64,000 nucleotides of DNA, from the NCBI GenBank assembly GCA_012295275.1, contig CM022667.1:15748001-15812000 (forward strand), read 5' to 3'. The stretch comes from Chrysomallon squamiferum. Lineage: Eukaryota; Animalia; Mollusca. The position numbers and the translations under genes are program-made. The notes under the pieces were generated by a model. It worked only from the letters and a program-made list of their open reading frames with translations, had not been told where the DNA came from and made no database searches. Shown here piece after piece: positions 28,646-43,949 of the stretch; position 1 is the first letter of the stretch; every line of letters begins with the position of its first letter.

Positions 28646-29661
28646 CTTATATTAATTGTCAGGAGTTTGAATCGACGAAATTAATAAAAAACAGTCTCAG
28701 TGATAAATTAACTGATCTTTTGCATAAACTTTTCAATTACTGAGTTTAATGGACTTTCTAAACTCAAAGCTGGACAAATGTAATACATCAACAACAACGA
28801 CAATAATAATAACAATAATAACAACAATACTACTACTAATAATAATAAAGATAATGATAATAATAGCAATAAAAACAACACGAATAACAATCGCAACAAC
28901 GGAATAATTAAGAAAGAAATCTTTGAATACTTTTTCAGAAACCCTAACATTAAAGCATTCGAAATTTCTTATAAGCTGTTTTAGTTTGATATGAGGTAAA
29001 ATTAACTTTAATAGTAAGCTGCTACATGCAGGAGAAAACTTGTCTTTAACACAATTTCTCAGATATAATGATTTTGTCTTCTTTTGTTTTCGAATGGATA
29101 TCCGTAGGAATGAATTTTCAGTCAGCGTTTGAGTAGCTGAAGCTTAAATCATTTAATGATCAATTAATTAAACTTTTATTTAATCTTTAAAAAAGATTAT
29201 TTAAATTTAATCCGATAATTCCAAAATTATTGATAATTTAATAGGCCTTCTAACAGTGTTGAAAGTGGATGATATACAAAACAACAACAGCAATAATAAG
29301 AAGAACAAGAAAAAAAAACAGCAACAATAATAAGAACAAAAACAACAACAGAAACAACGACAGTAACAATAAGAGAATGAAGAAGAAGAACACAAATAAC
29401 AACAACAACAACAACAACAACTATAATAATAGTAATAATGATTTTGCTACTGTTTAAGATATTTCGGAATACAATCTTATCTAACATAAACGAATTCTTC
29501 CAAAAATGATCTTAACAGGAGATAACTCACACGTCATAAACAATCTTCTGTTGTAATGCATATCACAGTAACACAATGAATAGTTCTCAGTTATTAGGAG
29601 AATCAGACAGAGAAGCAGTTTTATTTTGTTTTAGTTTATTTTGTCTTATTTTTTTATCATC

Positions 29662-29698
<37 letters not shown>

Positions 29699-30130
29699 GT
29701 TATTATTATTATTATTATTGTTATTATTATTATTATTATATTTTAATGTTCAAGATTTTCTTTCGAAACCAGACGCAGTGATCAGTTAATTAAATTTTTG
29801 TATAAACAATAACAACAACAACAACAACAACAGCAACAACGGAACAATTAAGAAAGAAAACTTTGAATACTTTTTCAGAAATCTTAACAGTCAAGCATTG
29901 TTTATTTCTTAGAATCTGATTTAATTTGATATGAGGTAAAACTAATTTGAATAGTAAGCTGCTACATGTAGGACATAACTTGTCTTTAACAAAGTTTCTC
30001 AGATATAATGATTTTGTTTTCTTGTTGTTGTTCGCTGGGTTGTTTCTGGGTTAGTATATTTGCTGGTGTTGCTGTTGCTGTTCTTATTGCTGCTGGGTTT
30101 TAAATAAAATAAAAAAAGATATTCCAAAAT
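28020..30130. repeat. Two composite satellite modules
   Basis: Same conserved blocks as 5805-9090. Confidence 0.85.
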
Positions 30131-31554
30131 TAACACCACAGAGGGTTTCTAGAGTATATTAGTTTGAGGAGAACTACAGCGATACAGTTGATTTAAGAAA
30201 GAGACAGCCATAATGAATTCGGCCGTATCGTTACATGGGTCAGTGACGCTTTCTCAAAACAACAAAAATAATACATTTTACTTGCAGTATACAATTTTAA
30301 AGACAGATATCATGTTTTGCTATACAAATAAAGATTTAATTGAAGTCAAGAAAAAAAAAACATTGGGTGAATTCTTACAGTATCCAAATACTGAAATACT
30401 ATCTTCGTGAAACTGGATTTCTGAAAAGCCACGTTTTCAACTTTAATAACATATCTTGTCAGCGAAAGGGGGCTGCAAATCATCCAGCCGTTTAGTAGAT
30501 GACGGTCAAGTAGGAACAAAATATTATATAGACCGTGTCGTGTACAGACAAGCGACCCGTAGCGATCTTGTGTTGTAATAGATACAGCAATATCATTCTC
30601 CTATAAGAACACAGTTTTGTATTAACAAAAACATCAGAGATCCATTATGGAAAAGCTTTATTATTTTAATTTTTTTATTCTATTTAGTTATTTACGTATT
30701 TTTTATTTAATTTTTGTCGTTCACAGGTGTAATCATAACAGCAGGAGTAGAAGCAGTAGCAGCAGTACTAACTGTAGATGTACAGCTGTAGTAATATAAT
30801 ACTACTTGCTGTTGTTATGGTTGTACTAGGATTACTATTGCATGGCCAACATTTTCTCTCAGTCATTTCGCCTAATGCCTGAAATGTTTAGACATTTTGG
30901 CTAACGCCCAAGACCGTCAGGCGTTTGGCCTAATGACTAAAATTTCCAGAAATTAGGCCAATCGACTGAAATCGGCCTATAGTCAGTGAATGAAAAAGAA
31001 CGGTTTTGAGTCGGATGAAAACATCTATTTCGAAACACACCAAGTAGAGTTCTATTTATTACAGCAGTTCAAAATTAAGTGATATCCTGAACTGCTGAAA
31101 ACTTGTCATCAACATCTACAATTTTTATAGTCCCACTCAGAATATTATAAGGACTTGCACAAGACAAGTAACCAATTACAGAGCAAATTAAGCTTAATAT
31201 ATAATTTGAACTGTAATTTTCAGTGATGTTAATGATAGCAATCGTTTTCCACAGAAACAATGTAATCATTCAGGCGTTTCGTTAGTGCTTTTGACAAAAA
31301 ATATTAATGACGCCTGGATTTATCTCATACTGATCATCTTTTGCTAGAAAAAATCCAAGATCATATTCGCATTTTTTCTACATCTAAAGAAAATATTTTG
31401 AAAAGTCTGTGGACTATAACTTGAGTTCAACAACCAAAAAAGTCTCGAAGTTGACACATGAAGGAATAGCTTTATTAATTAACAAAGAAACCGTTAACCA
31501 GAAAAATAGAAACAATAAAAAATATTATTATTATTACTATTACTATTATTATTA

Positions 31555-31604
<50 letters not shown>

Positions 31605-32869
31605 GTTATCCATTATTCAAATATTCCGATATAAGGTGTTGCAGGTATATTTACAGATACCCTGTATTAATCTTACGAAATGATGACATTTAAAAAATAT
31701 AATGACAATTGAAGTCAGTTTCTTAAAGTGAAAGATATTGAATGTTTTAAACAACATAACTAGTTTTAAACGTAAAGCAAACCTCCTGAAATATTTTCTG
31801 TTGATTTCGCCTTTCGATTTTAATCTTAAGAAAATGTTCTGACTAAGGTAAATGCAAGAAGAAGAAAACAGGAAAAGAAGAAAAGAAAACTAAAACTGTA
31901 ATTAATTTTCTTAACAGCAACAACATTAGAATGTAAATAGAAATTAGTAATTTATTACAACTTTAAAAAACCCACATCATTATAATCCACTTTTCCTTTC
32001 TTTTAATGTCATTTGTAATCATATTTACAAAAAAAAATCAACCAAACAACATCTATATACATCATGATGATTCAAACCAATTTAAAATATACGATTCGTC
32101 AGCTGAACCATTTTAATATATGTGTCATGAGATAAAGGTATTTTAGTATTAGAGTCGTGAGATAGACCATTTTAAAATTCGAGTCGTGAGATACACGTGT
32201 CCTAATATACGCAATTTTAAAATGTGAGTTGTGAGATCACGAGATCAACTGTTTTAATATATGAGTAATTAGATAAAAATATTTTAACATATGCGTCGTG
32301 AGATAAACTATTTTAATAATTATATCAGTTGTGAGATAAACTAATTTAATATGGCAGTCGTGATATAAAACTGTTGCAGAATACCAGACATGATTAGAGG
32401 CAAACAACTCAAAGAAGGATCAAGTTTCGTAACACTAACGTCAGACGTAACTCATTTACGATTAATCTGCATACTAGGACAAACACTTATCTGCTTGCAG
32501 TATACTTTCATGAATAGATAACTTTATTGATTTGTTGACTGATTAATATCAACCGATACTTGATTTTACTTTTCAATATACTATCATACCATCTAAGATG
32601 ATTGCTTTTTGACAAATCCTATCCAATTTACTTCATATAAACATTGAAAAGTATTCGTTGTTTAATAAAACCTTCAAAACTTGACAATTCAAGTTCAGCT
32701 ATGGAAACCAAAAATAGTTTGGAATATATGCGTTTCACACGTAATGTTTCACTCGAGGTATATATAAATAATAAAGGAAGAAAACGAAGTTCTCAAGCTT
32801 ATCTAAACATATTACATTCTCCTAATTCATGGAGTAAATCTGTTGAAATGCAGAGAAAAACCTGTATTT

Positions 32870-34239
32870 TCAGTTTATATTGGTCTTAGCTACCTTCAAT
32901 TCAGACACCTCCATTACTGGACCTATTGGTGGAAGCTCGTCTTTGTAAGTGTTGAGCAATGTCAAGGCCAGAGACAACGCCTTCGAGCCGTTGTTAGTGA
33001 GTAAAACATAGCGAACACTTCGTGTCCACGTGTTGTGAAAAGAAGAAAGTTTCTTGTTCTCGTTGTCAATCAAGACGTGTGGTATGTTGAGCAGCGTGCT
33101 TAAGATATGTCCGTGAAGTCGATCAGTGATGACCACACGTCCTCGCTGCAGAAACACAAAGCCGTTGTTCCTAATTAGGAAAGAATTTTCCATGTTTGTT
33201 GTGCCTCTAGGCGTTTTCCATCTCAACCAGTCGGATACGTGGACCGTTACATTGTTTGGTATCTCGTTTTTATCAGTCAAGTAACCGGGACTCTCTCTAT
33301 CAGTACGTTTCAACCAAAGGACGTCATATGTAGGCGACATGAAGCGACGAACTTCACCAATCTGAAAAGCCATGTCCGGTGCTAATATAAATTTAGTTAG
33401 GTTCTTGTTCCAGTATTTCAGAGCGATGTTCAACGACTGTCTGTCTCTCAGAAGTATCGTCAGGTTAGGATTACAGCAGTAAAATTTCTTACACAAATCA
33501 AAGTGATTCCCGCTGTACACGTTGTGAGGAACGAAAATACTCTGAGAGAAAATAATTAATGTGAAACTGTCGAATCTTGGAATAATATCTCTCCTGAGGT
33601 TATCACTGAAAGGGTATCCAACAAAATTCCCTCCTCCATGAAACAATATGACAAGATCATCCTTGGAATATTTCTTACTTAAATTTTCCGCATATTCTTG
33701 TGACTGCTTTTTTTCACAATCGTAGCACAAGCAGTAAAATACAAGTTTAATTCGCAGACGTCTTAGAAAGTAAACTTCACCAACTGTGATGGCAGAATCA
33801 CCTTTGTTCTCAGAAGCTGAAACATCAAAGAGAAATGCGTATTTAAATTTACCTAGAAGATGCTGAAATAACTCAAACTGGATTCTTTGAGTTTCGTGGA
33901 TAACTTCTCTAGACGTAGACAAAAGAGGAGATAAGACATTTGTATTGTATACATGTTCACTAAGATTCCACCGGAGAAATGTTTCGATTTCTTTCTTGTG
34001 TTCAGCCAAATAGTTTTCATTCAGATCTGGATAGAGCTGTTCTTTGTCCACTAGTTGACGTGATTCAGCACCAAACGATCTGTCCTGAAAATCCCTTCCG
34101 TATTCGTTATTTAAAATGACAGGTTTGACTCGTTGTGTTTGTTGTACTCTGAATAAGAGAATTGACATCCCAGTGAAGAGAAGAATTGAAAACACGAACA
34201 TTTCGATTCGTCGAGTACAAAACTTTGGTTTTGTTGAAC
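32870..34239 (-). CDS. Copy 3 exon 3: polysaccharide pyruvyl transferase domain with type-II anchor
   Basis: Same motifs; acceptor ttttcag|GT at 34240/34239; 1370 nt. Confidence 0.88.
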
Positions 34240-34447
34240 CTGAAAACAGATTACATAGGAGTAAAGATAAATGTACATACAGGTTAACTTTTACAGAAGT
34301 GTAAAAGAAAACCCATCTTTTTATAAAATAGAAACAAAAATGAGTGTTAAAAGAAATTAAATTATTGACATACTTGTACAAAGATGTATCATGAAATGTG
34401 TGTCAATCGGTATATCATGAATAACAGCGGCAAAGAAACAATCAAAT

Positions 34448-34575
<128 letters not shown>

Positions 34576-34596
34576 CTTAACGAATAACAATTTCAC

Positions 34597-35494
34597 CTGA
34601 AACCGCGGGCTCAAATTTGTTTTCATCACGTAGAAGAAGTTTTTCTCGTATGAAGATAACAAGTCCCAGCGTGCAGACTCCCAACCCACTGAAGTTCCAC
34701 AAAGTGGCATGTCTTTGTCCAGACAGGTAGAGTAGAAAAATCACAGTTATTCTTTTCAAGATGTTGCTGATGGCGTGATTCAACACAGACATGTACCGCA
34801 GCACGACGTTCGTAGACAAATAAGAGTAGACCACGTGGAGGATGCTGGATGACAGCAGTGTAATCATAGTGAACGTGGTTGTCGTAGGAAGCAATCCTTT
34901 CAGTTCGATAATATACATTACTAGGACTAACATAACCATACCAGCTGCAACACAGGAGATGTACACTACAGGACGCAGTCGTAGTTCTTTAGATGTTCGA
35001 TGTCCTGATTTCATGGCAACGTTTCTTCCAGCTATCATGATGTTCGATGTGAATGCCATCACTGCACCTATGGACATCAACGACGTTACAAACGGGTTAC
35101 CTGCGAAACCTACGGCACCGAATACAATTAATGGCAGACTTGCTAGTGTTGATGCTGATGTTGATGTCGTTAGGAAAATACGTTGTAGTAGAGCTGTGGT
35201 GATGGGTTCCATTAATTTGATTGCAAACGTAGATGATGCATGGATAAAAGACATGCTGCAGTTTGTAGCGAAAGTGCCTGCGATGTGTGATAGAATAACG
35301 ACGTAGGACACGTTGTCATGTTGTTGCTGAACGTCTACAAGAGAATAACATGTCGCAGTTTGAAAGATTGTTAGAATGATGGACAAATAAAGTCCTTGAC
35401 CTTGTACGTTGACCAAGTCAGAGTGGAGAAACAATCTGGCACATTGATGACAGAGATAAGAGGTCAAAGTCCACATGACGAAAACCAGTACGAT
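34597..35494 (-). CDS. Copy 3 exon 2: TPT/PEP-translocator-like transporter
   Basis: Donor CAG|GTGAAA at 34597/34596; acceptor cttcag|ATC at 35495/35494 (alternative exon start at 35602). Confidence 0.82.
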
Positions 35495-35745
35495 CTGAAG
35501 AATGAGAAATTTGGAAATGCAAATATTACTTGAAACATCTACACGTTCATGAAAGTAAATGTTCGAACTACTAATCGCAGCTTTTGCATTGTTAAGTATC
35601 ACCTATACACTGGTATTAAAATGTCAGTATGTGAAACCAAAATTAGTTAAACTGAGGTATGATTTTATTCTTCAAGTATTTGAAATATATATGTATGTTT
35701 AAAATACTAAAAGAAATAAATAGCCATACAAAATACCTTTATCTA

Positions 35746-35871
<126 letters not shown>

Positions 35872-35892
35872 TTGCGGAGTGACTTTATCCAT
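35872..35892 (-). CDS. Copy 3 exon 1 (MDKVTPQ)
   Basis: ATG...CCG CAA|GTAAGA, phase 0. Confidence 0.6.
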
Positions 35893-36544
35893 TTCAAGGA
35901 ATGATGTTTTAATCTGATGGTACTCAGTTTTTCACAGAAAATGCTGATAGACTCTGAAAATAACATAAATGTCGTAAGTACCCTGTTTTTCTTGTTATAA
36001 TTGTGATGTATTGTTGATTTTTTGAAAGAGCAATATAACATTTTAATGTATAATTCATTCAGTATGTCAAATACGGTAAACCAGACGGAGACTAACTGGA
36101 AGTTAATTAGCAGGAGTGGGGATGTTGTTTCTTACAACTAATATCGGTGATGTTGTGTTTAGGAGTTTTTATTTCATTTTTTTTTTTATTTCATAAAGCT
36201 GTTACACGCTGCTGCAATAGTCTCACGTCGTTCTCACAGAAGAATCATAAATGCACTATGTTGTTTCGAGTTTTTAAACAGTGATGAGAGAGGTGTGCGG
36301 CTGATGCGCTCTAGTGGGCATTTGACTGTTTAGTGTGTTGTACCCTTGGTCTTTTTTGGACGATGGTTTGGTGTGGACTTTCTTTTGAGGAAGCGGTGGG
36401 CGTTTGACTTCACAGAGATTAAGTTTCTTATTTTTGTGCTTTGTTTACTCTAATGTGTTATTCTGTGTGTCATGTATTCCACAAACGAATGTGTATCCGT
36501 AGGAATTCATTTTCGATCAGCGTTTGAATAGCTCAAGCATTAAA

Positions 36545-37044
36545 TCGTTTAATGATCAATTAATTAAACTTTTCTTTAATCTTTAAAAAATATGATTTAA
36601 GTTTGATCCGATAATTCTAAAATTGTTTAGAATTTAATAGGCCTTCTACCATTGCAGTGTTGAAAGTGGATGATATACAAAACAACAACCACAACAGTAA
36701 AAACAACAACAAGAAAAACAACGACAGGAATGATAAGAGAATGAAGTAGAAGAAGAATAATAACAACAATAATAATAACACTAATAATGTTTTCACTGGT
36801 GTTTAAGATGTTTCGGACTAAAATTTTCTCTAACATAAACCATTATTTTTAAATATGATCTTAACACGGATAACTCACACGTCATAAAGAATCGTCTTTT
36901 GTAATGGGTTCCACATTAACTTACTTGTATAAGAGAAATGCATAGTTCTCAGTTATTAGCAGTATCAAAGGGAAAAGTATAGTTTATTTTCTTTGTTCCA
37001 TTTTATTTTGTCTTATTTTATTATCTTTATTTATTTATTTTGAT

Positions 37045-37079
<35 letters not shown>

Positions 37080-37210
37080 TTATTATTATTATTTTAATAA
37101 AAACAGACGCAGTGATCAATTAATTGAACTTTTGTAACAACAGTAATAATAATAACATTAACAATAACAATGATAAAGATAATACTAATAACAATAACAA
37201 CAGCAGTAAC

Positions 37211-37258
<48 letters not shown>

Positions 37259-37510
37259 TATTATTATAATAATAATAATAAAATGAGGCAAAATTAACTT
37301 TAATAGTAAGCTGCTACATGTAGGACATAACTTGTGTTTAACAACGTTTCTCAGATATAATGATTTCGTTTTCTTGTTGTTGTTAGCTGGGTTGTTTCTA
37401 GGTTAGTGTATTTACTGGTGTTGCTGTTGCTGTTCTTATTGCTGCTGGGTTTTATATCAGTTATATTTATTATAACTAGAAAATAGAATAAAAAGATATT
37501 TGAAAATTAA
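36545..37510. repeat. Composite satellite module
   Basis: Same conserved blocks; another copy at ~38545-39320. Confidence 0.8.
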
Positions 37511-38294
37511 CACCACAGAAGGTTTTTAGAGTATGTTAGTTTCAGCAGAGCTACAATGATACAGTGATACAGTTGATTTAAGAAAGAAACAGCCATAATG
37601 AATTCGGCCCTCTCGTTACTTTGGTCAATGACGTTTTCTCAAAACAACACAAATAATACATTTTACTTGCAGCATACAATTTTAAAGAAAGATATGGTGT
37701 TTTTCTATACAAATAAAGATTTAATTGAAGTCAACATAAATGCAAATTGGGTGAATAGTTACAGTTTGTGTGAAATATGCAAATTACTAAAACACTATCT
37801 CTGAAAATCTAGATTTCTGAAAAATCACGTTGTCAAGTTGAATAACGTAGCGTCTCAGTGAAAGAGGGCTAGAAATCATACAGCCGTTTGGTAAATGACG
37901 GTCAACTGAGAGCAAAATATGTAACATTAACCGTGTCGTGTACAGACAACCTACCCGTAGCGATCTTCTATTGTATTCGCTATGGACAAAAATAAAATGC
38001 TGCTATTAGTACTACTACTAATACTACTAATAATAATGCAAATAACAGTTATGATAACACGAAAAAAACTGTGAAGAAATAGATAATGAACAAATTAAAT
38101 AAATAAATAAATACATAAATAAATAACTAAAAAAAAAAAAAAAATTAAAAAAAGAAAGACACAAACAAATAAATAAATAACACAAAGAGAAAAGAACTAA
38201 GAAAATTGAGATACGTCTGCTTCTAAATACAGAATTGAAGTGATGAAAACTCACACCTTCATGTTGGCTATTCTGAATTACTTTAAAGTTAACC

Positions 38295-38542
38295 TTCAAA
38301 TTCAGTCGCTGGACCTATTGGTGGAAGCCCACCTTTGTATGTGTTGAGTAATATCAAGGCCGAATATCCTTATGACTCTTTAAAATATAAGTTTCATTCC
38401 CAGAGGTCTTAGAAAGTAAACTTCACCAACTGTAATGGCGGAATCACCTTTATTTTTACAAAGTGAAATATCAAAGATAAATGCATATATAAATTTACCT
38501 AGGAGATGCTGAAATAACTCGACCTGGATTCTTTGAGTTTCA
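38295..38542 (-). pseudogene. Pyruvyltransferase exon fragment, pseudogene C (large internal deletion)
   Basis: The 3' end of the exon is joined at ~38361 directly to the KGDSAI region; same truncation point as pseudogenes A and B. Confidence 0.8.
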
Positions 38543-38934
38543 GGTATGATCAATTAATTAAACTTTTATTTAATCTTTAAGAAATATGATTTCAGTTTGA
38601 TCCGATAATTCTAAAATTGTTGATAATTTAATAGCCTTCTAATATTACACTGTTGAAATTTGATGATATACAAAACAACAACCACAACAATAAGAACAAC
38701 AATAAGAAAAACAACGACATAAACCATTATTTTTAAATATGATCTTAACAGGGATAACTCACACGTCATAAAGAATCGTCTATTGTAATGCATTCCACAT
38801 TAACTTACTTGTATAAGAGAAATGCATAGTTCTCAGTTATTAGCAGTATCAGAGGGAGAAGCATAGTTTTATTTTGTTTGTTCTATTTTATTTTGTCTTA
38901 TTCTATTTTATTATCTCTATTTATTTATTTTTAT

Positions 38935-38978
<44 letters not shown>

Positions 38979-38985
38979 TTACTAC

Positions 38986-39016
<31 letters not shown>

Positions 39017-40105
39017 TTATTTTAATAAAAACAGACGCATTAATCAATTAATTGAACTTTTGTAACAACAGTAATAATAATAACATTAACAATAACAATG
39101 ATAAAGATAATACTAATAACAATAACAACAGCAGTAGCAATAATAATAATAATAATAAAATGAGGTAAAATTAACTTTAATAGTTTCTCACATATAATGA
39201 TTTCGTCTTCTTGTTACGGTTGGCTGGGTTGTTTCTAGGGTTAGTATATTTGCTGGTGTTGCTGTTTCTGTGATTACTGCTGCTGGGTTTTAAATAAAAT
39301 AAAAAAATATTCCAAAATTAACATCACAGAGGGTTTCTAGAGTATATTAGTTTGAGGAGAACTACAGCGATACAGTTTATTTAAGAAAGAGACAACCATA
39401 ATGAATTCGGCCCTCTCGTTACTTTGGTCAGTGACGTTTTCTCAAAACAACACAAATAAAATATTTTACTTGCAGCATACAATTTTAAAGAATGTATCAT
39501 GTTTTGCGATACAAATAAAGATTTAATTGAAGTCAAGATAAAAAAAACATTAAGTGAATACTTACAGTTTAAAAGAGTGTGAAATATCCAAATTACTGAA
39601 ATACTATCTCTGGAAAACTAGATTTCTGAAAAGTCACGTTTTCAAGTTGAATAACATAGCGTCTCAGCGCACGAGGGCTAGAAATCATCCAGCCGATTTG
39701 TAGATGACTGTTAGGTAAGACCAAAATATGTAACATAAACCGTGTCGTGTACGGACAATAGTTCCGTAGCGATCTTCTATTGTATTCGCTAAGGACAAAA
39801 ATAAAATGCTGCTATTAGTACTACTATTAATAATACTAATAATAATGCAAACAACAGTTATGATAACACGAAAAAAACTATGAAAAAATAGATAATGAAC
39901 AAATCAAATAAATAAATAAATAGATAAATAAATAAATAACTTAAAAAATAAAGAAAAAATAAAGAAACCAACAAATAAGTAAATAAATAAATAACACAAA
40001 GACAAAAGAACTAAGAAAATTGAGATACGTCTGCTTCTAAATTCAGTATTGAAGTGATGAAAACTCACACCTTAATGTTGGCTATTCTGAGTTACTTTAA
40101 AGTTA

Positions 40106-41435
40106 ACCTTCAAATTCAGTCACTGGACCTATTGGTTGAAGCCTCCCTTAGTATGTGTTGAGTGATATCAAGGCCAGAGACATCGTCTTCGAGCTGTCAT
40201 TAGTCAGTGAAACATTGCGAACTCTTCGTGTCCCCCCGTGTCGTGTAAAGAAGAAAGTTTCTTGTTCTCGTTGTCAATCAACACGTGTGGCATGTTGAGC
40301 AGCGTGCTTAAGATATGTCCGTGAAGACGATCAGTAATGACTACACGTCCTCGCTGCAGAAATACAAACCCGTTGTTCCCTATGGTTGTTATTCCGCTGG
40401 TCGTTATCCAGCTCAACAAGTCGGCTACGTGAACCGTTACGTTTTTTGTTATCTTGTTTCTATCACACGAATAACCAGGGTTCTTACAGTTTTGTAACCA
40501 AAGATGACATAAATAAACGAAATTCACCAATTTGAAAAGACATGTCCGGGACTAATATAAATTTAGTTAGGTTGTTGTTCTTGTATTTCAGAGCGATGTT
40601 TTAGCACTGTCTGTATCTGAGAATTATTGTCTGGTTAGGATCACAGCAGTGAAATTTCTTACATAAATCAAAGTGATTCCCGCTGTACTCGTTGTGAGGT
40701 ACAAAAATGCTCTGAAGGAAAATGACTAAATTGAAATCATCGCATACTGGAATACTAGTTTTTCTTATTTTATCATTGAGAAACTATCCTATAAAATTCC
40801 GTCCTCCATGAAAGAATATTACAAGTTCACCTTTGGAATAATGTTTACTAAACTTTCGTGAATATCCTTCTGACTCTTTAAAATATAAGTTTAATTCCCA
40901 GAGTTCTTAGAAAGTAAACCTCACCAACTGTAATGGCGGAATCACCTTTATTTTCACAAACTAAAATATCAAAGATAAATGCATATATAAATTTACCTAG
41001 GAGATGCTGAAATAACTAGACCTGGATTCCTTGAGTTTCATGTATAACTTTTATAGACGTAGATAAAAGAGCAGATTAGAAATTTGTATTGTATATTTGA
41101 TCATTAAGATTCCAGTTGAGAAGTGTTTCGATTTCTTTCTTGTGTTCAGCTAAATAATTTTCATTCGTATCTGGATACAGCTGTTCTTTGTCAACAAGCT
41201 GAACGATCTTAATAGGGATAAGTCATACGTCACAAACAATCTTCTATAGTTATGCATACCACAGTAACACATTTGTATAAGAGCAGTGCATAGTTCTCAG
41301 TTACTAGGAGTATCAGAGAGAGAAGCAGCTTTATTTTGTTTCGTTTTCTTATATTTTTTGTTATTTTTTCTTATCTCTATTTATTAATTTATTTACTTAT
41401 TTATTTATTTGTTTACTATTATAATTATAATTATA

Positions 41436-41475
<40 letters not shown>

Positions 41476-41716
41476 TTTATTTTAATGTTCACGAGTTTGA
41501 ATCGACCACTTTAATAAAAAACATATATATATATATATAGATAGATAGACAGATAGATAGATAGATAGATAGATAGCTATGTATGTATATTAAGCTTAAT
41601 TCGCCAATTCTTCAATTACTGAGTTTAATAGACCTTCTAACGTCAAAGCTGGACAAGTGTAATACAACAACAGCAAAAACAACAATATCAATAACAATAA
41701 CAATAATAATAATAAT

Positions 41717-41749
<33 letters not shown>

Positions 41750-42294
41750 AATAATAACAATAACAATACTACTACTACTACTACTAATAAAGATAATGAT
41801 AATAATAATACAATAAAAACAACTCCAACAACAATAGCAACAACGGAACAATTAAGAAAGAAAACTCTGAATACTTTTTTCAGAAATCTTAACGTTCAAG
41901 CATTCGAAATTTCTTAGAAACTGTTTTAATTTGATATGAGGTAAAACTACTTTTAATAGTGATTAAGCACCAAATGATCTGTCCTAAAAATTGCTTCTGT
42001 ATTCGTTATTTAAACTGACAGGTTTCACTCGTTGTGTTTGAGGTTCTCTGAATTAGATACCTGACATCCGAGACAAATGAAAAATTGAAAACAAGAACAG
42101 TTCGATTCGTCGAGTACAAAAATTTGGTTTTGTTGAACCTGAAAACAGATTACATAGCAGTAAAAATAAATATTTTTCAATTAGGTATATACATATAGAA
42201 ATATATATACATTTATGTCTATATATCTATACATCTATACATCTATATCTATCTATCTATATATATATAGATACACATACACACACAAACACAT

Positions 42295-42382
<88 letters not shown>

Positions 42383-43244
42383 TGTTAGTTAACGAATCAC
42401 AATCTGACCTGAAACCACGGGCTCAGTTTTGATTTCTCGAATGCAGATAACAAGTCGTAGGGTGCAGAGACACAAACCTCTGAAGTTCCACGCAGTCCCA
42501 GACAGATAGAAAAACGATAGCGAGACGCTGCAAGATGTTGCTAACGGCGTAGCTCGACACAAACATGTACCGCTGCAGGACGTTGGCAGACAAATAAGAG
42601 TAGACCACATGAAAGATGCTGGATGTCATCATTGTAATCACAGTCAACGTGGTTGTCATATAAACAAATCCTTTGAGTTCGGAGATATACGTTACAAGGA
42701 CTGATGCAGCCATACCAGCTGCAATACAACATACATACACTTCAGGACGTAGTAGTAGTTCCTTAGATTGTCGATGTCCTGTTTTCATAGCAGTCTTTCT
42801 TGTGGCTATCATGAAGTGAATACGGACATCAACGACGTTACAAACGGATTACTTGCAAAACCTATGGCACCGAATACAATCAATGACAGACTTGTTGGTG
42901 TAGATGCTGATATTAATGTCGTTGTAGTAGAGCGGTGGTGATGGTTCCATCAATTTGATTGCAAACGTAGATGACGCATGCATAAAAGCCATGCTGCTGT
43001 TTGTAGCGAAAGTGCCTGCGATGTGTGATAGAATAACGACGTAGAACACGTTGTCATGTTGTTGCCGAACGTCCACAAGAGAAAAACATGTCACAGTTTG
43101 AAAGTCTGTTTGAACGATGGACAAATAGAGTCCTTGACCTTGTACGTTGACCAAGTCAGAGTGCAGAAAACAATCAGGCACATTGATGACAGAGAAAAGG
43201 GGACGAAGTCCACATGAGGAAAACCAAGATAATCTGTACACTTT
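40106..43244 (-). pseudogene. Near full-length diverged pseudogene of the transporter-pyruvyltransferase fusion (pseudogene D)
   Basis: The pyruvyltransferase exon is 40106-41202 + 41959-42138, split by an insertion, with a TAG at 40784-40786. Intron 42139-42408 keeps both splice sites and the (AG)n tract. The frameshifted transporter exon is 42409-43244 (ORF pieces 42849-43259, 42423-42812, 42389-42610). Confidence 0.88.
41203..41958. repeat. Satellite-module fragment inserted inside the pseudogene D coding exon
   Basis: Exon sequence AGCTGA...GTGATT is interrupted by ~755 bp carrying the CGTCACAAACAATC / TGCATAGTTCTCAG blocks and microsatellites. Confidence 0.8.
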
Positions 43245-43908
43245 CTGTAATAAGAGCAAGATCGTAATGTTACTTTACATTGATATTAAGATATCTTTCT
43301 GCCTTTCTGTGATTTATCTTGCTCTCTCTCACTGTCTCCCTCTGCCTTGCTATCTCTCTCATTCTAATACCCTGTTTCTCTTTCTGTTGTTTTTTCTCTC
43401 TCTTTCTCTCTCTGTGTTGAGCTATCTCGATTGCTGTCTCCAATTCTCTCTCTCTCTCTATCAAGATGACAGTATATAAAAAGTAGTTTAAAAACTATTA
43501 GGTATATCAACGATGAATATTTACACAACTTTGCGAAACTGTTTAGACAATACATACAGTATAGATGGTTTGTTTCGGTGATTAATTCCTATTATTTGTA
43601 AAATGTGGCATATATTTAACTGTAAAAACGATTCAACGTGTTTTGGTTCGCTGGATCGGTCCTTCTTGGTGAAACCTCTAAGTTGTTTTTCTTCAGCTGC
43701 ACAAATGATATGCATGGTACATATTAAAATACATTACTACTACTACTAGTAGTAGTAGTAGTAGCAGTAGTAGTAGTAGTAGTAGTAGCAGTTGTAGTAA
43801 TAAATGTGATAATAATGATGATATTAATCATTATAATAATAATAAAATTTTTAATAGTAATAATAACATATAACAATAATAATAACAATAATAATAATAA
43901 TAATAATA

Positions 43909-43949
<41 letters not shown>

